Shown here: piece by piece, positions 40,814-52,800 of the stretch | How positions within the stretch are numbered: position 1 is the first letter of the stretch | Layout of the letters: each line of letters starts with the position of its first letter | Translations under genes and position numbers: made by a program | The notes under the pieces: model-generated | What the model saw: the letters and a program-made list of their open reading frames with translations, nothing else | Told to the model about the DNA's origin: nothing | Databases searched by the model: none | Assembly (NCBI GenBank): GCA_964106915.2 | Contig: OZ066916.1 | DNA: 64,000 nt | DNA from: Podarcis gaigeae | Lineage: Eukaryota | Reading direction: 5' to 3' (one strand)

Positions 40814-43800
40814 ATAAGGCTGTTTTTGCTGCACTCAACAGCACTATCTATTTGCAGGACACTGTGGGATTTGTTAAGGGGGGGCATTATAAAGCAGAGT
40901 TCTGAGGAAGCAAGTAGTTGAAAACAGCAAACAGGTCTTACCTTTCCCACAAAAAAAATATATAATATGGGCAAGTTCTCTTTACTTTAGAGAAATAAAC
41001 AAGGGCTGGGATGCAAAAGCTAATTTACACATACCCAAGTGTTAGCTCAGTAGTATCTTTGGCAATCAAACAGGCAGGCACATGTACACACCCCAGTTCC
41101 ATAAACTACTTTTGAAATTCCCCTCTCTTTCAAAAGAAGCTTCCTGTATTTGAGGTTGCTGTGTGAGAAACACAAGTCCTGCTCCAGTTTAGGCCCATGG
41201 AACTAGTAACACAGTCCTTCAATCCAACTCTCTTCTATTTCAGATGTTCATATATTTTTAAGACAATTCCATAACAATCCAAACCGAATTGTTCCCCTTG
41301 ATTTGTTGTTTAGATATACATACCCACTCACAAAAGTAGGACTTGAGGCTAGAGTTTGCCAGAACAGCTTAGCAACAAGTCCTAAAATAACTCAAGACAC
41401 AACCAGATCAGAGTGACCAAAAACAAAAAGAACAAAATTAAATTAAAGACTTCACAAGCTCCCCATGTTTATTACAAAGCTGTTTTCTACTTCCTTACTT
41501 CATTCACCGCTCAGTAAATGTTACAAGATCTCTTGTAAAAAATCCCCTACAACTTTAGGACTACTTTTTGGCATGAAGATGCAAGGAAATAATTTCAGTA
41601 CGTGCAACAAGCCTTTAATCTGTGTACTTTGGAAACCGCAGCAATCTGAGCATCATTGTGTATACCTTTATGATGAACAGTGCAATCCTATACGTGCCAG
41701 CTCAGAAGAAGCATGCCCATTGGGTTTAATGGGCCTTACTCCCATGAAAGTGTGTACAGTATATGTCTGCAGCTGAAATCTGGTTAAATCTGAATAGGGA
41801 AGGCCTATCTGCCCTTGAATGGCATTGCCTGCTTGAAACATAATTTGAGGGGAGGGGAGGAGGGGTGCTGAACATCAATGCCTAGTGGACGCATTCCAAA
41901 TAAAGGGTAACAGGCACCATCTGGACAATAAATAGCCATGCAACCAAACAGCTGGAAGCAATCAACCCTGTCACAAACTGCCCTTAATCAATTTACTGAA
42001 GTGACCATCTCGCCAATTTCTGCCTTCTAATAACTTGTTGGGCAAATGATTCTAAAGGAACTATTTGGGTAGATTAGCAAAATCTAAATATAAGCATTCA
42101 TGATGCAATTACAGAAGAAAAATAAAAATAAAATAAAAATAAAATAAAAAATAACCCACCCTGCAGCATGAAAAGAATGCATTTAAGTTTGGAATTACCT
42201 TATAAGACAACATGCCATTGCACACTGTATCCAAGGTTTGTTCTATTTGCATGCCTGTAGTCCAAAAGCTGAATTCAGCGCTGATTGGATTTGCTTTTTG
42301 ACAGCATGTGGTATTATTAGCCTCTAAAGCCTGACAGGACAATTCTATTGCACTTGTATGGGCCATATTACTTTCCTCAGTTTCATGCAAAATCACATAT
42401 TTTACTAAGTCCTTATTACTAGCATGTAAAGCTGCATCATCATCATAAATATCTATATCCTGAGTTGAAATATCCAGGAGGTCCTTTTCAATCATCCTGT
42501 CTTGGGTGTCTAATGGCTCATTAACTTCAGCGCTGTTCCTCACTTCCTCTTCGTCTAAAGTGAAATCATATTCCCTCTCACCATCCTGGAGCCATTGGGG
42601 ATGTGCTAAGAGGTCTTCTTTCAAATATGTCAGTGGAATGCAATGTCCATCTCCTTCCCCTTGGTTGCCCTCATAGTTCCAGAAAGGTTCTTGCTCTGTA
42701 TGTGAAGCATTCTGCAATTTTACTCGACAGTGTCCACTGGTAGGGGCACTTCTGGAGGTAAGCAATGAAATTTGATGTTCACTACTAGAAATGGTAGGAG
42801 AAAATGATCCAAATTTACCCACAAACTGATTATCGTCTATGGAAGATATGCTCCTAAATTGAGTTTGTTCCCCTTCTAGCACATCTTGTTTTTCTTCTCT
42901 TTCTGCTGGAGGACTGCACAGACCAGAGTCGTCTTCTTCGGAAGTTAGAGAACTAGTCCCACATTTGACCTGGCCTGTTGCTGCTAAGTCGGACACATCA
43001 ACAGTCCCAGCAAGTGAGCACTCACTTTTATTTGCATAGTCTGCAAAATTTGGTGGGACAAGCATCCTCCAGGATCTCCTATGTTCTTTCTTTTCTGTGT
43101 GATACTTTGCTTTGGGCAAGCCAGCTGTTCGAATGATGTCACTGTTCAGCTTAAGGGCATCAAAGATCATTTTTTCATCTAGCTTATTGGCTTCCCGTCC
43201 TCTGAGTTCAAAGACACTAGAAGAGGAGAGGGCACCATTGGAGCACAATGTACTAAGGTCCAGTGTTCTATGACTATACGGCAAAGTCCGATCTGAGAAA
43301 TGCCTGGAGGAGAGGCTGCCTTTAGAACCTGAGTCAATCTGTTCATTCAGCCGCACTGTGTCATAGATTGACCTCTGGGGAACATAACAGTCTTCAATAT
43401 TTATATCCTCTTCTTCTTCATCACCTTTTCCTACACAAGGAGGATTCTGGCGTAAACAGTCTGGCCTGCTCAGCGGCTTCCCCATTTCTGCAGGAATTAA
43501 CAGGTCTAGCACTGCTGCTAGGCTATCTTATTGGAGACACGCAACACACATAAAGTAAAAATTAAAATAAAGTAATAGAAAAGCAGTTTTTAAAAAGTAC
43601 AGTAAACTTGCCCTCAGCAGAAAGATGCTTACATACTAAAACACAGGAAATAATTTATGAGGCGGTTAAGGTCGTAATCAGTGCATCTGTGTAAGTTTAC
43701 CTGGCTGTGATTTAAAACATTTCTCCCCCTGCCCCTAAAATATAAAGTGCTTGAGCTTAAGAGGGGAAACAACCCCCCCCCACCTTTTAATATTTTAAAA

Positions 43801-46800
43801 TACTAACTCAATGCACAAAGACACCAACAAAATGTACAAACCCCCAAACCCCAGGAAAATCTTTAAGTGGCTCAAAAGACTCAGAACTTCCCACATAGCA
43901 TTCCATTTCAATTTTTAGGTCAAAATGTGTGTCTTAAATCTCCAGATTAAGTCTTCAAAATGAATCAGCATTATAGCAGGCAGCACGCTATATTCAGGAG
44001 GTGACAGATTAACTGTAATCCATTTAAATGGCTTGCAGAATTCCATCTCCTTTATAAATAAGCCATGTTGTGGACGCTTTTGAAGAAAAAGAAACCAGAA
44101 GAGCTGTGGACTGTGGAGACCAAGGCACAGAGAAAGGCTTCAGGAAAAACAAAGGTATATCCAGAGTTGTAATAATAATAATAATAATAATAAAAGAAGA
44201 AGCTTTCTCCCCCTTTTTTGGCAGCAGCTGTAAATAACCTCGATTCAAAAGGCAGTTTATTCCTTGCTTCCTTAAAGCTTCTCTGTGGCGCGTTCAGAAG
44301 TTCCATGGGAAACACAACAGTTTTCTGAGGAGCCAGACCAATGAAATAATAATAATACAAAAAAGCAACGGAACAGAATTAGTAGAAAAAGAAACTTTCC
44401 CCCCAGTTTCACTCGCAGAACACATTCCTTGAAAGTTGTTGTCCTGTTTTAAGGCAACACAGCAGTAAACTAGAGCGTTTCTTCCTCCACTCCGGCACAA
44501 AGGCACAACAGATTCACATTCTGTTTAAATTCAGCAGGACTTTTTTTTTTTTTTTTTTTGCATAAACGGTGGCTACAAGAGCGTGGTCACTGTTTTCATC
44601 TCTGTCTTGAAGCGCAGCTGTAGCGAAGAAGGCATTAAACAGAGCTCACAACAATAAACGCTCACATGTCCTGCCCAGCGCAGCTGATAAGCTTTCCGGC
44701 TCTCCCTGGTTTCTTATGGTCTGACAGGCATCCCTCCCAATAGTGAGCTTAAAAGAAACGCCCTTTGCTATTCTTTAGGCAACATCTGCTCCTATCGCAT
44801 TCGTTCCCTGAGTATTATTCCAACCGAGCATTAGGAGGTGCCTGACCTCTTAGCTCTTCCCCCTTACGCTTCCTGCCCCACATGACTTTACTTAGCCATC
44901 TTTCACTTTTACTGTTTGTCTTGTCTCTGAACGAGGCTGAGCCTTTTCAGGGGGAGGTGCACAAAGGAGCAAGTTCCTGTCTGCAGCACTCCTGCATATC
45001 GGAGTCTGTGCTCTGTAATTCTGGAGGAAAAGAGGGTGGGTGGGTGGTGGCTCACAAGCAGAATGGAAAAACCGGTGCTAATTAGTTCAAAATGTCAAAA
45101 ATTTACTACATATTGCTTAACCGGGTAACCTGACACCATACAAATATGGACCAGACTACCCAGGACCCTTCTAAAACACTGACAAACTGCACTTATTCTG
45201 CTTCATAACAAAAATAATAATCCAGTACTTACAAATTATGCAGATTCACAGGAATCTGAATATAGTGGATGGTCACTTTTAATGGTATGTAGCATTATAA
45301 ACTAAACTAACCAGCTGCATAAGAAGAATTCAATCAAATTGAATTACTTTCCACCATCACCATAAATCAATTTTAATTAACAGCCAGATCTTACTTCTGA
45401 GCAAGCCCCATGAAAAATCTCCATAGGATTGCATCCTTTGCTCTATATTTGTAACACATGTACATTATATTCTATAATTAGGGATTTAGCCGGCAAATTG
45501 GTCTCTCTGAATGACTACAGAATGCATTCTTCATTCACAATCCAGTTAATCCAATGAAAAGGGATTTGCTTGATATTTTTTTACACTTCCTGGCTCTCAG
45601 ACAACTGCAAATCCCAACATGCAAAGAAGTGCTGAAACTTTTCAAAAATCTCACCCAGTACAGTACTCCTAAAAACCACACTATATTGAGGTAATAGCAT
45701 GAGTAGTTTTACTTATTTGTTTCTGGATCTATTTAGATGGAAGGCACATTATATTTTTAATAAAATAAATAGCTAAAGCACTAAAAAGAGTAAAAATAAT
45801 ACAGAGCAAGAGAGCAGCTCATTTCTTAAAGCTGGTGTATTGTTAATTTATTTGCCATATGTATACCAGCATATCTACATATAAAAATGCCCACGTTGTT
45901 AACAACCATCATGTCCCACTAAAAAGACAATGTTTCATACCACAAGATGCAGTCACAACAAACCATATACAAAAACTACAGCAGAAAAGGATCCACTCCC
46001 TTGGGAAGGCAGCACTATAAGAAGGGATAGTCGAAGATAGGAATGAAGTTTCTGACAGTCCACTGTCATACATATTCACTACTCCAAACTAAATCTTATT
46101 GTGTGCCACAGAGGATATTCCCAAATAAAGTGCAGCAAGTGTTTTCAAAGCAGTGGCCCTGGATGGAGGGCAGGAGACACTATCTGGGCTCTGCTTCAAG
46201 CAGCAAAATGGGTCAGTACTGGAATGACAATGAACCTTAAGACCCTCCTTTGAAGGAAGTCTGTCACTCCCAACCCAGAATGTATTTATAGTCAGCTGAG
46301 CATGGATTTGTTGAACAGGCACTGTACATGTCCAAGGCAGCACCTGAACACGCAGCTACTCCTTCCATTTAAAAGAATGGGGAAGACCATCTGTAAAGGA
46401 GCTCCATGTGAGCATTAGAATATACAGAGGGCTCTGGACAAAGGATAAGGTCTGTATGCAGGTAGCCACCCCAAATGTATGTTGAGTTTTTTCTTTAATG
46501 TAGTGATAATAAATTATTATTCTTTTTTAATTTTATATTTAAGCTGCAAAACAGATGCAAATATTGAAGTTGATGCAGCAACAAAATATAATTTTACTTT
46601 TGAAGGCGCCTGTGAAGAAACCACATACTTCAGGGAAGACTTAACACATTGCACTGATTCAATCAACAAGGTAAGAGGCCACCATCTACGACACCAACCT
46701 AAACCAATTTAAATATTAGTTCAAGCTCATCAACTGGAATATTCATCCGGGCCCAGAGCTCCTATGAAGCGCAATTAGAAGGAACCTCTTGACATATATC

Positions 46801-49800
46801 TGAACACTGGAAATATACTGAAACGACCCTTTCCGCATCTAGTAATGGTCTAAATGGGGGAGGGGATTTAATGAGCCATTGAGTGATAGAAACTGACATA
46901 AATTCCATGTGCTTTAATAAATAAAAGAATAAATAAAGAGTGTAGCAGGTTTATGGCTGAAATATTTTGCAGACATTTCAAGGATTGTAATTACGTGGCA
47001 GAGATTGAATGCTGCGTCCCCACAACCCCACCCTAGCATGAAGTAGCTCATTAAAATGTTCAGCAAAATACAAACTAAACAAGGGCTTTTGTTTTTCAGG
47101 ATCATCTTAGCTGGTTGGCTCTTTGTGAGGAAATGGGCATGGTGTAACCCAAGTAAAGCAAGTTCATCTGCTGAATTTTTCTTTTGCCCACGTTCATTCA
47201 ATGCGTACTTTCTTTAAAGCACAAAGGTCTACAATAAAACTGAATGAAAGTGAGAGAATGAAAGAGAAACACAATGAAATACAATATGCCAGCTACTGTA
47301 AGTAACTGAAAATGGAGCTTTGATTGGAAACACTGAAGATTTGTTCTTGGGTAGGATTTCTGAATACAAAACAAAATCCTCTTTTCTCTATGTAAATACG
47401 GATAGATAAGATATAAGAACTACAAGCAGACAATCTTCTTCTCAGCTACCCAAAAGCAATACTCGTTAAAAGTGGACTGACTACTGTTAATTGTAAAAAT
47501 ATATGCCTATGGACCACCGTTCTTGGTAATGATTTCAAAGCAGAGTCACTAGTCGCAATTCCAATTTGCTATTCCCTTCCTCCAATAAGCTTGGGACTAC
47601 CACTTGACCTTTATTACCTTACTATTACTTAGTGGTCTGCTTTGCACGTCATGTATATTCGTTTCTTTATTTCACAACATTTATATACCACTGATTATAA
47701 TAAAACCTCAGAGCGGTTTACGAAAAGAATAAACCAGTAACAATAACAGTAAAAAAAATCACTAAAAACAAGTATTTATAACATTCAAAACAAGTAAAGA
47801 CATCAATAAGCTAAAACTGGGTCCAGGCACTGTTCCAAGGCATGCACAACTGCTCCTAATTCAGATGTTATGGCTGAGTGACACCAGCATACTTATGGTA
47901 CCTGGCCGCAAAACTTCTAATGGCAACTCCCAGTCAGGAAATTGTTGCTACCAATCTAAACTATACCAGGAAATGATCGGACCATGACAAAGCAGTGCAC
48001 TTCCACACCCAACCTCAGTCCATCCCTCAGGTCATTTGGGGCAAAGACTACCATCAAGGGTGTCTCCTAAATTATGTGTTGGACCAATGACCATTTGAGA
48101 TAGCTGCATAGTTGTAATGAAGGCCTTAAGTCTTGAGCTCAGCCAATACAGTGGCAGCCTCTAATGGATATTGAAGTAGTCCAGAGACTACCTTGACTAG
48201 CTTGATCAAGCATGCTGCTGGGCAACAGGGTAGTTGATAGACCAGCAGCATCCCCAGTCTGCTTCTTTGGCCAAGCACCAGGTACAGACCCTCTGATAGC
48301 GTGTCCCAGGAGATGGTGCATTTATGGACAACAGCAATACTCATACCCTCAACCCCTCACTGGAAACTACTGCTAAAACAAGGAATGGAGACCAAAAAGC
48401 TAGGTCTCTGCCTCAAATGGTGGTCGTCCACAGGAAACACCTTGGTTACAGATCATGATTATGCCGCAGAGAGACTTGCCACAAGCCCAAATTAAGATGA
48501 CAGGCTAAGTCAAACCATGGCTTAGCTCAGTCTGGTGCAGCAGCAAAACAACTGTGGAGCAGCAAGATGACCATTATCTCCTCTTCGGGAGCTGCACACT
48601 TGCACTAAGACGTGGTTCGTCTTAGTGTGGCGTGAAAACCAGGTCACTGTCTGAAAGAAGCCCGCACTTTTGTGGTTGACTGTTGGCTTATTAATGGATA
48701 AAGTGGATAATATGAACCACTTTTCATATTCTTATTTGTAAATGAAGCATGGTTTAAAACTCATTTAAATATATAAAAATAGATAATACAGATTATTAGG
48801 AATAATATAATTAATTAAACCAACGCCCTATACCCACAGGTCTCAGGGCGGTTCACAGGATAAAATCACAATATAAAAACACAAAATACATAATCAAAAT
48901 AAACACAAGAACAACCCAATAACCCCCCCCCCCAAATAATCAGAGAGGGAAAACAAAATTTAAAACACAAAGTATTTGTAATAAAACATATAAAAATACC
49001 CATCAGGTATCGTCAAGGAGTGGATTAAAAGATCAATTTAGCTATCTTTCAAATCAAAACATTTTAGCCCTTGGTCGTGTCTCCCCCCCCCCCCCCCATT
49101 GTACCCATTCATAGAATGGTTCATAGAAATAATAATACAAAGCTCTGTTTTTCTTCTTTTTGCAAACATAGGTGCATATCTTCAAGAAATAGAGAGGTCC
49201 TTCTGAAACGACCTTCAGAAGTGTGCTATTAAACCCATTCAAGTTGCCCTCACATAACCTGAATCAGATGCTAAAGACAAAGAAAGAGACTAATCTTTGT
49301 AGTCCAACAACAGGGATTTGTGAAGCTCTGTGTGCAACTGTTGCCAAAATGCATTGTTGCATGTGATGAACACATTCTGCCAAGCAAATTGGATCCAGAC
49401 TTAGTCGTGCTTACGAGTAGATCCATTGAAATCAACAGGGCTTTAGAACTGATTTAAGTCCCGTTCGTTTCCAGTGGGTCTACTCTAAGCATGTCTAAGT
49501 GAATACAACCCAAAGATGTTCTAGATAAAATGTACATGGAATGAACATGCTGAGTGTTTTCATAAATAAACAAATAAATCAGAGTGTCATGCTAGGCCAT
49601 GGGAGAACAAGGTTCAAATCCCCACTTGGTCATGAAGCTCACTGGGTGACCTTGGGCTAGTCACCAATTCTCAGGCTAGCCTACAGGACTGTTGTGAGGG
49701 TAATGGAGAGGGGGGGAGCTTTATGCTGCCTTGATCTCTTTGGAGGCAAGGGGGGATATACAATGTAATAAATAATAAATAAATATACAGTACCCCAATA

Positions 49801-52800
49801 CAAGGGATGCGGGTGGCACTGTGGGTTAAACCACAGAGCCTAGGACTTGCCGATCAGAAGGTTGGCGGTTCGAATCCCCGCGGCAGGGTGAGCTCCCATT
49901 GCTCGGTCCCTGCTCCTGCCAACTTAGTAGTTCGAAAGCACGTCAAAAATGCAAGTAGATAAATAGGTAACACTCCGGTGGGAAGGTAAACGGTGTTTCC
50001 GTGCGCTGCTCTGGTTTGCCAGAAGTGGCTTAGTCATGCTGGCCACATGTCCCAGAAGCTGTACGCCGGCTCCCTCGGCCAATAAAGTGAGATGAGCGCC
50101 GCAACCCCAGAGTCGGCCACAACTGGACCTAATTGTCAGGGGTCCCTTTACCTTAAACTTTATCCCAATACACACGCACGTATTGAAACACCAGTTCTCC
50201 AAGTCAGAAGTTTCCAAAACACAATCAGACACAGAAAGAGCTTGTTGCAGTCTAAACCCAAAAAGTGCAGCGTTTACTTGCGATATTAAGAAAAAATTGT
50301 GAAAACTGTCAGAGAGAAAGAAGGCTTAACTTAACACAAATTGAATTTATTTTAATTAAATTCAGTGTTTTAATTTTAAAAGAACATGTAAAAACACAAG
50401 CTCTAAGAGGGGAGAAAGGATTAGTTTCTAAACTGTACTCTACGTTGCTCAATGTAACTTATGGATCTATGCCACCTCTTAACAAGATATGGGAACTGGA
50501 TATTGGCACACAAATTATTCCCAAGGACTGGAATAAAACCTGGGCATCATGACCCTAAAAATCTGTTTCTGGTTTCCTTAGGGAAAACTTAAAAATGTTA
50601 CACAGATGGTGTTGCAAGCCTTTGCAAATGTCAAAAATATTTTATTCTATATCACCTGACTGTTAGAGGGTTTGCAATAAACTTGGCACATATTATCATT
50701 TATAGCGGGAATGTCAGTTGGTGCAAAATTTAATTTAATTTTGAGAGAAATGATAAATATCACTAAAGAAAATATTGTTTGTTGTCCAAAATTAATATTA
50801 CTGAATATTTTTGATGATACCAATGTAAATATATATTGTCAAGAACTAGTCTTATATATACAGTTACAGATAGGTAGCCGTGTTGGTCTGCCATAGTCAA
50901 AACAAAAAAAATTCCTTCCAGTAGCACCTTAAAGACCAACTAAGTTAGTTCTTGGTATGAGCTTTCGTGTGCATGCACTAACTTAGTTGGTCTTTAAGGT
51001 GCTACTGGAAGGAATTTTTTTTGTTTAGTCTTATATATGATCTTGACAGCATGAATAGTAATTGCAACTCAATAGAAAACAGCCCAAATATTACACTTTT
51101 GATATGATTTGGCATTGCTTTATGACATATACCATACTTTTCAAGACAACCTTTGTCACATGCCTGGCAAATCTACAACTATAGATGATCTGGTAAAGTT
51201 GAAAGTCTTTACTTTGTTATTTTAACTCATTCTACATTCCTATTTTATAGTTTTGTTTTTCATCTTTTATTTTTTGTCTCTTGTTCTAACAGTTCCATAT
51301 ACATTATAAAATGAAGTAATAATTACAAACTTTACCCAAAGAGGTAACATAATTGTTCCAATTCTTACTGCAAATTACAAAAAGAAAGCCTGAACAGGCC
51401 AGTAGATTGCATAGACTACAGCTCCTCAGGGATATCATTGATCCCCTTTCAAGGATGTGGTGGAGAAAGGCAGGGGAAATTCTCAAACGTCTGCTCATCC
51501 CATATTTATCTGGGGGATGCCTTGCATTGTTATATGGCAAGGAAAGCCATAAAAGAAAAGAAAAGCCAGTAAAACAATACAGAAAAACAAATGGTAGTAG
51601 CACAACCACTATCATCACAGTAGCAGAGAGATCTGCTAAGAGCCATCAAAGGGTTTGCAAAAGAGCTCTTAAAGAGCTTGTGAAATGTACGCAATGGTGG
51701 GTCCAGACATGCTTTCCTGGGGAGGGCAGTCCAGAGCACTGGTGCCATAACTGATATTGCCCTGTTCATTGTTCTCACCCACTGCATATCTGCTGTTGGG
51801 GAGATGCAAAGCAAGACCTCTGACGTTGCTTGGTCACACTGAAGGAAATACATAGGAAAAAGCAATCCTTTAAGTACTTTTTATGACTTTCAAGTTTAAA
51901 AAACCCATCTTGGAAGCAAGTGTACCTTAAAAAGTGCTTTCTTCCACTGCCCACTGTTATATCTCTTCAGGTCCTATTGTCTGATAACCTGAAAGAGGGC
52001 TTTTTCATCAGGGGAGCCCTATCTTTGGCTCAGAAGGGCTCCTTCTGTTATTTTTTGTATGCCAGGTAAATGATGCCTCATTTGCTCAGGCCTTTATATG
52101 CCTTTATTCTACTGATTCTGGTGTTGAGCAGGCAAGAGGACCTAGTGTTGTGCTTCCCTTCTGTGCCATCTTAGGAAATGAAAGTTCATTATGGCATGGA
52201 AGTTAACACCTAGTGCCCAAGGCAGGGTTGTTGTTTTTTTTGCTTTCAGCCACTGAGTTTATCTTAGGCACACTGGATATTAAAATAAATTCTGCCAGAC
52301 AGCTTTCTTGGATGAGGGCCGGGGTTACAAGACAGAAACCAGAACTATGCTTCAGCAGAACAAATGCACAGCCAGTGGCCTGTTGCCCTTGCCTTAGCTC
52401 ACCTCCACGCCTCTTTGTTTTGCCCTGACTGATTGATCAGTACTTTTCTTGATCCTGGGAACCAGGTTTGGATGAAACCTCTTGACTGCATAATGCCTGG
52501 CATGATCCCAGGTCATGACTCTTGGGACAACCCCCAGGAATGAAAGCTAATCTCAGCCTTTTTGGACCTCGCCCAGGACTCTGCTTGACCTCACCTTCAC
52601 TCTGTCACAGGAGGGCTGGCTCTTCATATGGTGCACATAGTAAATGAAATAAATATCTGCCGCTAATACATATATAAGCACCAGCTGTCAGAGAAGACAG
52701 TTGAATTGCAGCTTCTTCAGTTCCTCTCCCCATTGTCTTTTATTTGGAATTGTTTGATATAAACACACTACTCAGAGCAGGATCTTTTTCTTCCTGCATG

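Noticed and set aside
43486-43512. ORF-track N-terminal extension MLDLLIPAE of the 467-aa ORF
   Set aside because: It begins at a non-ATG codon. Homology and Kozak context start at the ATG at 43485, and the extension overlaps a splice-acceptor-like sequence.
6230-50163. Oppositely oriented Sauria SINEs as a circRNA-promoting pair
   Set aside because: They are about 43 kb apart and diverged, and nothing in the sequence supports pairing.
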